This document shows, piece by piece, positions 9,601 through 18,215 of a stretch of 51,505 bases of DNA. The position numbers and the translations under genes are program-made. The first letter of the stretch is position 1. Every line of letters starts with the position of its first letter. Origin of the DNA: a virus (taxonomy: Duplodnaviria > Caudoviricetes). Under the pieces are notes generated by a model, which ran no database searches, was not told the DNA's origin, and saw only the letters and a list, made by a program, of their open reading frames with translations. The stretch lies in the IMG/VR virus record IMGVR_UViG_3300035138_000049, positions 1-51,505 of that record; one strand, given 5' to 3'.

Positions 9601-9882
9601 GAGCGCGCCAAACTGATCGCGCAAACCGAGGGGCTGCGCGCCTACAACGAGGGCGCGTACAACCGGTACGAGGCAGCGGGCGTCACGCAGGCGACATGGC
9701 AGACGGTGACGGATGAGTTCGTATGCCCCATCTGCAAACCCCTGCACGGCGTTGTCGGCGAGTTCCGCGCGGGCTGGGTACACCCCGGCGGGCCGGGCAA
9801 GGGCGCGAAATATAAGGGCCAGGTGTTCCGCCACCCCGCGCATCCCGGCTGCCGGTGCTTTAGCAGACCGAAGGTGCGATGA
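6637..9882 (+). CDS. Portal protein fused to a 2H phosphoesterase domain and a MuF-like minor head domain
   Basis: HK97-type portal motifs (GLSPL, FFFNGARLSGIL, IARAFQIDPVLIG, TLNEARQRLG); HLSL and PHITLAY 2H motifs; MuF RAKLIAQTE, CPIC, PAHPGCRC. Confidence 0.85.
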   Translation: MGFLDWLRGRGRTTAEIIPPQLYFVDNDGTTRPVTGKVAEWHARATRSSFTQNLINSLLRDYTNVSDEHLARAYIQSVTAAACIQVAADLASSIPVQVVARGTEEVLEQHPLVGFVEDAEDLLWFVSVCQNIWGRAYLRKRRNRHGFNSGLEPVRPIDVEPIVQPDYAGRDRIVGYWVHNERDPVRVADMIDLPLFDPFDRLGGLSPLEFVLVQIGIGRNLSIHAANFFFNGARLSGILKMPGASPDEKRESERRFNAKHQGARNAWRVMATSSAEAGFESTQAAPEDLAMPELSGLADAAIARAFQIDPVLIGLGQASDPLSAQGTFKAIEANQIRSKTLPKVRRALKGISRQWSWRDFQPANLYTLAPDINNIEALSPVTSENVTLVEQLTASGKVTLNEARQRLGFPAYDGDNGEVVVISGVAYPVSQIAKVARENVLNIGFGAGMPSIGVPVLPQPSAEATEPRPENVTQTEPMTGIQVQNAIDTLERAAAGSLAQAAAVEILVALGFDGDRAAQMVAAQMNEATTTTEAPEPLPGKAVPPQLPERSNGAQLKELANWEAKVARSTPDVEFYLDALAGHPCAAFVRERLEARDAPDAVFWAARAWLETGAAPPFAQADEGPQRATRGAEGDLGFGFWVSFSGSGTLVDLRAQLVDTNPEIDWLHESEWHLSLCYAAEPQLTSAMVPFIEMDYLDIDMPFEVGVAGLDIWETHKGNCLVVLIEKARELDALQRALCMEFDNAGVPINDTSLPENYTPHITLAYGVPDKFLERDGLTYSSAILTIDNIQLVDKDGVFKAWRPSRDVPGELVPMLRAVADDVGATPEEFKRYWRHFDALQVDLGAAWLEWMASAWVGIKDALSANPETYTPKLPPADDLIQQWLGTVDEPGPYMQLFLAGAAAGVDALETETAADYRSVTRQADIAIDWELVNQNAYEFARQYIFEWLPEINAKTERQLRQVIVEWIESGAPMDDLVDTVERIFHDRERAKLIAQTEGLRAYNEGAYNRYEAAGVTQATWQTVTDEFVCPICKPLHGVVGEFRAGWVHPGGPGKGAKYKGQVFRHPAHPGCRCFSRPKVR

Positions 9883-10415
9883 TGCCTGACGCCGTTTCTG
9901 TTGATGTCTCGCGTGTGATAGCAGTCCTTGAACGCGTTGCCGCGCTTGACGGTGCGGCGTTCGATAGCATCGCCATGCAGGCTTCGCGCGTGGCCGGCGT
10001 TCGAGCAGAAGAAGCAGTTGGCGAGTACCCGCCACCGAAGCGCGAGCCGATGCCACTCAAGTACACGTGGGCCGATGGCCGGCGATCGAAGTTCAAGAGT
10101 CTGAGCCACCAGCGCGGGTTTTTCTACCTCCTGCGTACCGGCAAAATCCAGATACCGTACAAACGTCGCGGGCGGCTTGGCGCGTCCATCACCAGCGAGC
10201 CTTACGTTCGCGGGCGCGACACCGGATTTCTTATCGGTACGAACAGCGAGTATAACCTGCTCGTGTTAGGCGCACCTGCTCAGGGCCAGGCGCTATATCA
10301 CCAGAACCATTGGACGCCGCTAATTGAGCGGTTGCAACGCGAAAAGGGTGACATTGCGAACGTGTGGGCCGAGGAATTGTTTGGAGGTATCAGGTCGTAT
10401 GTCTTCGGTGGCTGA
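9879..10415 (+). CDS. Virion morphogenesis (HK97 gp10-like) protein, putative
   Basis: YKRRGRLGASIT, IGTNSEY; position in head module. Confidence 0.55.
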   Translation: MMPDAVSVDVSRVIAVLERVAALDGAAFDSIAMQASRVAGVRAEEAVGEYPPPKREPMPLKYTWADGRRSKFKSLSHQRGFFYLLRTGKIQIPYKRRGRLGASITSEPYVRGRDTGFLIGTNSEYNLLVLGAPAQGQALYHQNHWTPLIERLQREKGDIANVWAEELFGGIRSYVFGG

Positions 10416-10674
10416 ACAAGTTTTGGTGGTCATTCACGATACGCCGCGCATTGACGCGCCGCTTTTGGGCGTATACGAAGCGGGGGAGCCGCTTGCGGGC
10501 TGTTTGCGACAGTTGATGTTGCAGGTGTACGGCGTGTTTCCTACGGTGCTCTTTGTCGGCGCGGAGACGTTCCGGCGCATGGGGCAGCCGGGCACGTTGC
10601 ACGAAACGCCGGTGTTGGTGGGTGACGTGCCAGAGAACCACCTTGTCGCCGCGCACAAACAAAACGAAACATAG
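10399..10674 (+). CDS. Hypothetical protein
   Basis: Fills the gap before the capsid promoter. Confidence 0.4.
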   Translation: MSSVAEQVLVVIHDTPRIDAPLLGVYEAGEPLAGCLRQLMLQVYGVFPTVLFVGAETFRRMGQPGTLHETPVLVGDVPENHLVAAHKQNET

Positions 10675-10675
10675 A

Positions 10676-10734
10676 CGAAACATAGCTAAACATATTGACA
10701 GCGCTAGCCTCTACCATGTAGGTAGAGGCTTTTT
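10676..10734 (+). promoter_or_regulatory. Conserved late-promoter-like element, copy 2, including a hairpin plus T-run
   Basis: Repeat of 4686-4742; AGCCTCTACC-ATGTA-GGTAGAGGCT perfect inverted repeat followed by TTTT. Confidence 0.7.
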
Positions 10735-10756
10735 AATTGCGTGAAACGGGCGACCG

Positions 10757-13099
10757 ATGGCGGATGCTCAAAAACTCAAAGATGCGTTTACCCGGCCCGC
10801 GTGGGTGCATGAATGCATTCGCGACTATATGGCGCAGGGCATGAGTGAGGAGGAGGCTGAAGAGCGTTGCTATGGAGCGTGGCAAAACCGCGCGGAGCGC
10901 TCGGCTCTTCGCCGCGTCAGCCTGGCCGAACCCGAAGGCGTGATTGAGGCATACCTTGCGGTGTGGGGTAGCCACGACCAGCGCGACGACTACGGCACGT
11001 GGTTCGACCGCGAAAAGCCCGCCGAGATGGGCCTCAGATTTTTACCGTTTCCGTTGATGTATGAACACACGTGGGACGGCGAGCTTGGCAACAAAATTAT
11101 CGGCGAGGTGTACGCGATCTGGCCCGACGACGTCGGTATCAAATACCGCGCGCGGCTCGACAAGCAGGGCCTCGACAACGGCGAGTTCCTGCGCATCACG
11201 AGCGAGATACAGCGCGGCGAACTGGGCACGAGCACCGGCAGCGCGCCGCACCTGGCCGAGTTCGACGGCGAGGGCAGGTTCGTCAACTGGCTCATCAGTG
11301 AGGTGACGTTGACGAAAGCGCCGGCGGAAACCCGTATGCCCAGCGCGGTGCTCGTGCGGTCCAAAACAGAACTTATGCAGGATGCGCCAACCGAAGACGG
11401 CCCGCGTGGCTGTGGTGGCGGTTCTGAGAAGAACAATCTTAACGGCAAAGCAGGAGAACAAAGAATGTCAAACAAACCCAAGGGCGCTACCCGGCAGGTG
11501 CCGGTCGAGGCGCTCAACGAAGAACTCGCCGCCGGGCTACAGGCGCTCGTTGACAAGTTCGGAGTCGATGTGGTCCAGGAGGCCATCAAGGCGTTCGCCG
11601 GTGACGGCGAGGAAATTCCGCCGGAGATGCCCGAAGAGATGGCGGCGATGGCAAGCCCGCAGGCCACGCTCTCGGCGCTGAAGGCGAAGGCTGAGGAGAT
11701 CGCCGTCCGCAAACGCGCGGAGGAAGCGACCGCCACGATCCGGGCGCTGAACGACAAGGTAGACGCGCTGACGCTGCGGATGCAGGCTGAGCCGCCCGAA
11801 GAGCCGCCATTGCCCGAATTGCCCGCAGGGGCGACGAGGAGTAGTGGCGGAGCAGGGCGCATTGAGGTGCGCGACTTGCGTTTCCATCACCTGAGCGCCG
11901 CCGAAATGGCGTTCGGCTATCAGGTGCTGCGCGCGGTGCCCTTCGAAAAGCGACAGCGGCAGGCGGTGCTGCCGGTCAGCGATGACTACATGCGCGCGAT
12001 GATGACGAAGGTTCACGCCGAAGCGCAGCGCGGCGACAAGTTGACATCCGAACTCATTTACACCCGCGCCATCCCCTTCACCCGCGCCGACATCATGGGG
12101 AGCGACGTCACCGGCTACGGTGACGAATGGGTCGGGATCTTTTACGAATCCGACCTGTGGGAAAAAATCCGCATCGCCCCGGTGTGGGAGCAGTTCCGCG
12201 CCAAGGGCCTCGTGGAGCGCAGCGTGTCGCGCGGGTACGAAAGCACCCTCATCCCGCTCGAAGGCGACGACCCGACCTGGTACACGATCAGCCAGGCAGT
12301 GAACGTATCTGCCGCCGGCTACCCCGAAGTGCAAGTGCCTGAATCGAAAGTTAGCACTGGGCAGAAATCCATCTCCACCAAGATCGCGGCGGCATACGTG
12401 CCGTTCACCGATAGCCTGACCGAAGACAGCATAGTCGAGGTTGCGCCACAAGTGCGCAGCCAGATGATCGCTTCCGGCCAGGAGCACGTCGAGTACCTGA
12501 TGATCAACGGCGACACCGGCGCCACGAGCGCGAACATCAACACCGACGGCACACCTGCCGCAAACGCGGGATATCTCGCGGCTGACGGCATGTTGAAGCT
12601 GCCGCTCGTCACCAACACCGACAACGCGCGCGACGCCGGCTCCACCTTCGACGAGGACGACTTCCGCTTGCTGTTCCCGCTGCTGGGCACCAACGGAAAG
12701 CACGCAGCCAACCGCGACAAGTTGTTCTTCGTGATCGACTTCAGCGTCCAGGACGCCGCCATCAACATCCCCTCGGTGAAATCCAAGGACGTGTTCAGCG
12801 GGGCCACCATCGAAAGCGGCGAACTGGTGAAAATCTGGCGCGTTGACGTGCTGACCTCCGGCCAGCTCGCCAAAGCCCAGACCGACGGCACGATCAGCGA
12901 CACCGCCGCAAGCAACACGCGCGGTCGCATTCTCCTGACCCGCCCTGACCAGTGGGCCGTCGGGTACAAGCGAGAGATGACGACCGAAATTCAGCGCTGG
13001 GCGCCTGCGTTCACCACGATGATCGTTTGCTCGTTCCGCATTGGCATGGCCTATCGGGACACGTACGCCAGCGCAGTCAGCTACGGCGTGGCCGTGTAA
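10757..13099 (+). CDS. Prohead protease - major capsid protein fusion (HK97 fold)
   Basis: N-terminal protease-like motifs (YLAVWG..DDYG, PLMYEH, IGEV, EVTLT..PAE), coiled-coil linker, capsid-like C-terminal part (EDS, EYLMINGD, DGMLK); internal RBS and ATG at 11465. Confidence 0.85.
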   Translation: MADAQKLKDAFTRPAWVHECIRDYMAQGMSEEEAEERCYGAWQNRAERSALRRVSLAEPEGVIEAYLAVWGSHDQRDDYGTWFDREKPAEMGLRFLPFPLMYEHTWDGELGNKIIGEVYAIWPDDVGIKYRARLDKQGLDNGEFLRITSEIQRGELGTSTGSAPHLAEFDGEGRFVNWLISEVTLTKAPAETRMPSAVLVRSKTELMQDAPTEDGPRGCGGGSEKNNLNGKAGEQRMSNKPKGATRQVPVEALNEELAAGLQALVDKFGVDVVQEAIKAFAGDGEEIPPEMPEEMAAMASPQATLSALKAKAEEIAVRKRAEEATATIRALNDKVDALTLRMQAEPPEEPPLPELPAGATRSSGGAGRIEVRDLRFHHLSAAEMAFGYQVLRAVPFEKRQRQAVLPVSDDYMRAMMTKVHAEAQRGDKLTSELIYTRAIPFTRADIMGSDVTGYGDEWVGIFYESDLWEKIRIAPVWEQFRAKGLVERSVSRGYESTLIPLEGDDPTWYTISQAVNVSAAGYPEVQVPESKVSTGQKSISTKIAAAYVPFTDSLTEDSIVEVAPQVRSQMIASGQEHVEYLMINGDTGATSANINTDGTPAANAGYLAADGMLKLPLVTNTDNARDAGSTFDEDDFRLLFPLLGTNGKHAANRDKLFFVIDFSVQDAAINIPSVKSKDVFSGATIESGELVKIWRVDVLTSGQLAKAQTDGTISDTAASNTRGRILLTRPDQWAVGYKREMTTEIQRWAPAFTTMIVCSFRIGMAYRDTYASAVSYGVAV

Positions 13100-13111
13100 G
13101 GAGGTTGAGAC

Positions 13112-13501
13112 ATGGCTAACTTACAGCATCCAACCGACGCAAACCGCACCGTCCCGTACGAGAGGGGCATCCCCGGCGCGGCGCTGAGCGCGCCCATTCA
13201 GATCATCGACACCACTGGCACCGAGATCGCGCTGCTATCCGGCGGCGTCGTGTGTGTTAAGAGTTCGAGCGGCGTGGTCGCCGTGACCGTCCCGTCCACC
13301 GTTCGCGTCGGCTCCATGTACATCTTTGTCTCCGAGGGCGGCGGCTCCAACAACGGCACGATCACCCTCGCCAGCGGCGAGACGTGGGACGGGACCAACG
13401 ACGTCCTCACGTTCGACGCCAACGGCGAGACCGTCTACGCCGTCAAGGTGTCCTCGACCCGCTGGTACGTCGCCAATGCCGGCGCCGTGACCTTCAGTTA
13501 G
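13112..13501 (+). CDS. Putative head decoration or small structural protein
   Basis: Strong RBS, follows capsid gene, G/T/S-rich beta-type sequence. Confidence 0.55.
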   Translation: MANLQHPTDANRTVPYERGIPGAALSAPIQIIDTTGTEIALLSGGVVCVKSSSGVVAVTVPSTVRVGSMYIFVSEGGGSNNGTITLASGETWDGTNDVLTFDANGETVYAVKVSSTRWYVANAGAVTFS

Positions 13502-13509
13502 GGGGCGAC

Positions 13510-14505
13510 ATGAGCGGAAAACTAACAAACCTTAAAAGAGGCGTGGCGACTAGCGCGGACCTGGCTGATGGGCCGTTTGGCGAGCGCTTCACCGGCAACA
13601 AGTGGTACTTCAAGCCATACGGCGGCAACGACAACAACGAAGGAACGCGCGCGGCACCGTTCGCAACTCTGAACGCCGCGTACAACGCCGCGACCGACGG
13701 CAATAACGATGTGATCTACTACATCGCGGGCGCATCCGATACCGACTACAATTTCAGCACCGCGTTCACATGGTCGAAATCCTACACACACCTGGTCGGC
13801 GTCTGCGCGCCGGTTCTGGTCGGGCCGCGCGCCCGCTTCTTCCAGACCAGCACGGCGACCGGCCTCACGTCGATGTTCACCGTGTCGGGCACCGGTAATA
13901 GCTTCTGGAACATCGAATTGTTCCAGGGCGTGGCCGACGCGACGTCACTGTACGCCGCCACCGTCTCTGGCGGCCGGAACTACTTCAACCGCTGCCAGAT
14001 CTCCGGCATGGGCGATGCGACCCAGGGTGGCACCGCTGGCGCACGATCGCTGGTCGTGTCGGGTGGCGAGAACATGTTCGAAGACTGCTACATCGGCCTC
14101 GACACCGTCGCGCGCAGTGCCGGCAACGTCGAACTCGAAATTAGCGGCGCGGACGCTCCCCGGAACGTATTCCGGTCATGCATACTTCGCAGCTACGCTA
14201 CCAGCGCCGACCACCGCTTGGTCAAATTCGGCGCCAACGCATTCAACGGCGGCTTTTTGATGTTCGATGACTGCCTGTTCCACAATGATACGGCGGCCAT
14301 CAAAACCAGTGCCTTGGCACTCGACTACGCAATGGACAGCCACGCCGCCCCCAACGGCAACGTCATTCTCAAAAACTGCATGTTCGTGGGCTGCTCGGCT
14401 ATTGCCGATGACTACACTGCCTTCCAGGCGCTTGGTATCTGCACCGACGACGACATTGCCGACTACAGCAGCGCAATCGGTTATGCAGTTGCGCCGACGG
14501 CATAG
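13510..14505 (+). CDS. Pectin-lyase-like beta-helix virion protein
   Basis: GNDNNEGTRAAPFATLNAA motif and repeated F-x-x-C-x-I/F strands. Confidence 0.7.
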   Translation: MSGKLTNLKRGVATSADLADGPFGERFTGNKWYFKPYGGNDNNEGTRAAPFATLNAAYNAATDGNNDVIYYIAGASDTDYNFSTAFTWSKSYTHLVGVCAPVLVGPRARFFQTSTATGLTSMFTVSGTGNSFWNIELFQGVADATSLYAATVSGGRNYFNRCQISGMGDATQGGTAGARSLVVSGGENMFEDCYIGLDTVARSAGNVELEISGADAPRNVFRSCILRSYATSADHRLVKFGANAFNGGFLMFDDCLFHNDTAAIKTSALALDYAMDSHAAPNGNVILKNCMFVGCSAIADDYTAFQALGICTDDDIADYSSAIGYAVAPTA

Positions 14506-14516
14506 GAGCGAATGAG

Positions 14517-14942
14517 ATGATCCGAGTGTTACACGGCTACCGGGGCGCGCCGTCCAAAGAGCGCTACATCGCCGCCGGCGACTACGCCGACGACGACGAG
14601 CGGCTCTTCGGGTTGGCGCAGTACCTCGTAGCCAATGGGCACGCGGTCGTTTTGGCGGAAGAAGGGGGCGGGGACGAACCGCCCCCACAGCAGGGCGAAC
14701 CGCAGGAAGCGCGCGAGGTCCCCGACTCCGGCAAGATGACGCTTGACGAAATCAAGGCGTACCTTGGCGACTTGGTAGCGTTCAGCGACGACCCGGAGGA
14801 TACCCGCGCGCACATCGACGCCATGCGCGCCAGCGAGCGGCTAGGCAAAGGACGCGCCGGCGCAGAGGCGTTGTTCGCGGCGGCCTATGAGGAGTTGGGC
14901 GGTGGAGACGACGAAGACGGCGCCATTGTTGTTGCTGAGTGA
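14517..14942 (+). CDS. Hypothetical head-module protein
   Basis: RBS and ATG, position. Confidence 0.55.
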   Translation: MIRVLHGYRGAPSKERYIAAGDYADDDERLFGLAQYLVANGHAVVLAEEGGGDEPPPQQGEPQEAREVPDSGKMTLDEIKAYLGDLVAFSDDPEDTRAHIDAMRASERLGKGRAGAEALFAAAYEELGGGDDEDGAIVVAE

Positions 14943-15795
14943 CGTCAAGCGCGACGTCATTCCCGGCGCCGAGACGGCCGGGACGTACAGCGACGACGGT
15001 AATACGCGGCTGCGCAACGCCATCGAGGCGGCGAGCAACTGGTTCACAGGCCAGTGCGGGCGGCGCTTCGACCGCTACCGGCAGACGCGGTACTACACGC
15101 CGCTGCACATCAACGATGACGGAGACCTGCTCAGCGCTTATGAACTGTGCCTGGACGCAGACCTGCGCAGCGTCGAAAGCATCACCAACGGCGACGACAC
15201 AACCGTCAGCAGCGGCTACATCCTGACGCCGCGCAGCCAGGCCGAAAAGTGGTCCGTCAGGCTCACCCCCGGCGGCACGGTGGTATGGAACTACGACCCG
15301 ACCGGGGACTGGCTGGGCGCGGTCGAGCTGGACGGCTACTGGGGCTACGGCGGCGAGTGGATCGACACCGGCGAAACGGCGCAGAATGACCCGCTCGCGG
15401 CCGCCGGCGCGTCCATCACCTTGAGCGACGGCGGCAGCGCCAACGTCGAGCAGGGGATGCTGCTAAAAGTCACCGACGGCACGAGCACCGAGTTCGTGCT
15501 GGCCGGGGCAGTCACGAACAACGCCAGCCCCGACCCCGACACGGTCGCGGTGACGCGGGCCTACAACGGCACGACTGCCGTAGAGTTCGACCAGGGGGCC
15601 GCCATCTACTACTTCAGAGCGAACGCCTTCGTTCGGCAGCAGATCATTCACCTGTGCCAGTGGATCGGTGAGCGCGCGAAAAGCCCCATGTTCGGCAAGC
15701 TGGTCGTCACCGAAGCAGGGCTTACCCTGGACGTGGACAAAGCGCCGAACGACGTCATGGCTGCAGTCGAGCGGCTGAGGTGGAAAATCGCATGA
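14902..15795 (+). CDS. Head-to-tail adaptor (putative)
   Basis: LSDVK...IEAASNWFTGQCGRRF, GYWGY; GTG start with GAGGAG RBS. Confidence 0.7.
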   Translation: METTKTAPLLLLSDVKRDVIPGAETAGTYSDDGNTRLRNAIEAASNWFTGQCGRRFDRYRQTRYYTPLHINDDGDLLSAYELCLDADLRSVESITNGDDTTVSSGYILTPRSQAEKWSVRLTPGGTVVWNYDPTGDWLGAVELDGYWGYGGEWIDTGETAQNDPLAAAGASITLSDGGSANVEQGMLLKVTDGTSTEFVLAGAVTNNASPDPDTVAVTRAYNGTTAVEFDQGAAIYYFRANAFVRQQIIHLCQWIGERAKSPMFGKLVVTEAGLTLDVDKAPNDVMAAVERLRWKIA

Positions 15796-16280
15796 CTACT
15801 GAAGTGGATGTACTCGACCGCCTCGTGACCTGCTGGACTGAAGTGACCGGCGTCGCGTTCGCGTTCAAGCTGGAGCCGGACAGGCCGCTGGACGCCGGGC
15901 AACTACCGGCGGTGTACTGTGTAAGCGTCGGCCCCACGTCGGCGCCGACGCACTTCAGCGCCGACGAGGTCAAGGTGGCTCGCGGGTTCGTGTGGCGCCT
16001 GCTCGGTATGCCGCTCGAAGTTGGCATAGACGACAGCAACGAGGGAGCGGAGGCGCTGCGGGTATGCGTGCCGTTCCTGATGCGAGCGCACAAATATTTC
16101 GCAGAGCACCCCCGCCTCGCAACTACGGCGGGCGCGGCCAGTCTCGCGGGCGCGCAGTTCGTGCAAACAACCGACTCCGGCGTGGTCGCCCGCGAAGGTC
16201 CAGGCGGTGTGGTGTATGCTGCCGTTGACTTTACGTTAACTATCACGGTGCGCGAGCAGCTCGGCATTGTGTATTACTAG
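15792..16280 (+). CDS. Tail completion/terminator protein (putative)
   Basis: LPAVY motif, position before major tail gene. Confidence 0.5.
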   Translation: MTTEVDVLDRLVTCWTEVTGVAFAFKLEPDRPLDAGQLPAVYCVSVGPTSAPTHFSADEVKVARGFVWRLLGMPLEVGIDDSNEGAEALRVCVPFLMRAHKYFAEHPRLATTAGAASLAGAQFVQTTDSGVVAREGPGGVVYAAVDFTLTITVREQLGIVYY

Positions 16281-16289
16281 GAGTTTACT

Positions 16290-17162
16290 ATGGCTCAGAT
16301 CAAAAAAGGCGCAATCGCGGGGTTTCCATTCGCCCAAGTGTGGCGGGTGGACAATGACGGTTACGCGCAGGGGCAACTCACGACCCCCGATAGCCCCGGC
16401 ACCGACGTGACCACGCACGCATATTTGATGCGTGATGTGAAGACGGCGGGGTTCGCGCTGCCGCAAAACGTCAAGGTCGACTTTACTGGCGGCGACAAGT
16501 ATCTTGGCTCGTTCATGTTCGGCATTGCTAGCATTGATGCGTTTGACCTCGCTGCTGCTTATCTGGATGCCAACGTGACGGCACTGGTGAGCGATTCATC
16601 AGTAGACCAGACCACAAACACGCTTTGGAGCGTGTTTGGCATGAACGAGATGAATCCCACGCTCCCACAATGCGGGGTGATGCTACAGGCCAATTTTCAG
16701 AGCAAAGAACCCGGCACATCTGGCCTCAACTATTGGCTCAACCTAATTCTGCCAATCTGCCAGATTGCCCCTAAATGGCCCTCACTTGCTTTTCAGTCAG
16801 AAGCTCCATCATCTTACACAATTCAGCCAAGCGTCGCGACCAAATGGCCCAACGGCGATTCGTTCGACTCGAACCAGGGCTTCGAGGGCAACGAAACCGT
16901 GGCATTTGGTATCGTTACCGATAATCCACTTGCCATCACAACCTATAACGCCGATGGCATCGAGACCACGTTCACCGCTGGCTACCGGCCGATCTCGACG
17001 ACCGTCACGGTCAACGCCACCCAGAACCACCTCGCCGTCAATGGCACGCCGACCGCGCTGTCGAGCATCGTCACCTCGACCGGCGTCGCCACACTGGCAG
17101 CGGCGGGTTCCAGCGCTGACCGCGACGTCTTGATGTACGAGACGCGCTTCATCGCGATCTAA
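16290..17162 (+). CDS. Major tail protein (putative)
   Basis: Size, composition and position before chaperones and tape measure. Confidence 0.6.
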   Translation: MAQIKKGAIAGFPFAQVWRVDNDGYAQGQLTTPDSPGTDVTTHAYLMRDVKTAGFALPQNVKVDFTGGDKYLGSFMFGIASIDAFDLAAAYLDANVTALVSDSSVDQTTNTLWSVFGMNEMNPTLPQCGVMLQANFQSKEPGTSGLNYWLNLILPICQIAPKWPSLAFQSEAPSSYTIQPSVATKWPNGDSFDSNQGFEGNETVAFGIVTDNPLAITTYNADGIETTFTAGYRPISTTVTVNATQNHLAVNGTPTALSSIVTSTGVATLAAAGSSADRDVLMYETRFIAI

Positions 17163-17179
17163 GATCTAAGGGGTGAAAC

Positions 17180-17476
17180 ATGGCTGACGATGAACTTCAA
17201 AAACGGATCGGTAGCGATACGGAAAAGGGGTGGAAATGGCCCGCCCTCGACCTGCTCGGCAGAGCGTACTATCACCCGCCCGCCGGCACGGTCGGTCTGG
17301 GCGGCGGGCACTTCGCCGTGATCCCCGCAGGCGTCAAGCCGGCGCAGTACAAGGAAGCGCTGGAGCAGGTGAGGGACTACCTGGCAAGCCAACCGTCCGA
17401 GCGCACGGTCCCGCCCGATCCGCCGCCGAAGGGTGGGCCAAAGGCCGCCAAGCGGGGCGAGGGAGACGAGAAATGA
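17180..17476 (+). CDS. Hypothetical protein
   Basis: RBS and ATG in tail operon. Confidence 0.55.
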   Translation: MADDELQKRIGSDTEKGWKWPALDLLGRAYYHPPAGTVGLGGGHFAVIPAGVKPAQYKEALEQVRDYLASQPSERTVPPDPPPKGGPKAAKRGEGDEK

Positions 17477-17883
17477 TCGTCGAGGAACTCGGCGGAGCGA
17501 TCCAGTTTGACGTTGCACCTATAACGTTTGGGCTGCGCGCTAACTACTCGGCACTCAAGGCAGCCATCGGCGTTGATAGCGAAGATGGCGACAAGGAAGA
17601 GCGCGGCATCAAAGATACCCTTGCGTGGCTGCTCGTCTCAACGCGCAGCATCGTCATTAACGGCGAGAGCGAGGCGTTGCGGGCTTTCGAAAACTTCTGG
17701 GGTATGTATGCCGACGGGAAACCGCCGGCTGAATACTTCGACTTTTTCTGGTCGTTTGTCCCTGAGGCGCTTTACACGATGTGGATCAAGGTGGTCAGCC
17801 GCGTGCACAACGAGCCGGTCTATCCCGTGCCCCCAGAGCAGAAAGCTGAACTCACCGACGAGGAGCGCGCGGACCCAAATTAA
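17473..17883 (+). CDS. Tail assembly chaperone (gpG-like)
   Basis: Position; ends at slippery C CCA AAT. Confidence 0.6.
   Translation: MIVEELGGAIQFDVAPITFGLRANYSALKAAIGVDSEDGDKEERGIKDTLAWLLVSTRSIVINGESEALRAFENFWGMYADGKPPAEYFDFFWSFVPEALYTMWIKVVSRVHNEPVYPVPPEQKAELTDEERADPN
17874..17880 (+). other. Candidate -1 frameshift heptamer (C CCA AAT)
   Basis: X XXY YYZ immediately before the stop; the -1 frame is that of ORF 17883-18215. Confidence 0.6.
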
Positions 17884-18215
17884 TGGCGCGCCGCGAGGAG
17901 TGGCGCGAGAGCATACGAGAGTGGGCGCGGCGCGGCGAAACAGGGCCGCCGCGCCATGAGTTTTATCAAAGCGACCCGTTCGACACTAGTGACGCCGACT
18001 GGGGATTTTACTATCCCGCAGAAGCAGTGAGGTTGGCGTACACGATGTGGGCGGCAAGTGGATTTGCCGTAATACCGAACATTCGCGAGGTAATGGCGCT
18101 TGACCCGAACTATCTGACAGATCTAAACCGCTTGCATCACATCAAGCAGTTTTGGTCGAATGACGATCCCGTTTTAGAGTATGCCGAGGGAGCGACGCCT
18201 TGGGCGAAGACTTAA
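17883..18215 (+). CDS. Tail assembly chaperone extension (gpT-like)
   Basis: -1 frame ORF directly before tape measure. Confidence 0.55.
   Translation: MARREEWRESIREWARRGETGPPRHEFYQSDPFDTSDADWGFYYPAEAVRLAYTMWAASGFAVIPNIREVMALDPNYLTDLNRLHHIKQFWSNDDPVLEYAEGATPWAKT

Noticed and set aside
8893-12703. Long antisense ORFs opposite portal and capsid genes (e.g. 387 and 388 aa)
   Set aside because: Shadow frames expected from high-GC codon bias; no motifs or RBS.
17874-17880. Tail chaperone frameshift as a novelty
   Set aside because: Well-known conserved feature of long-tailed phages; listed as a feature only.
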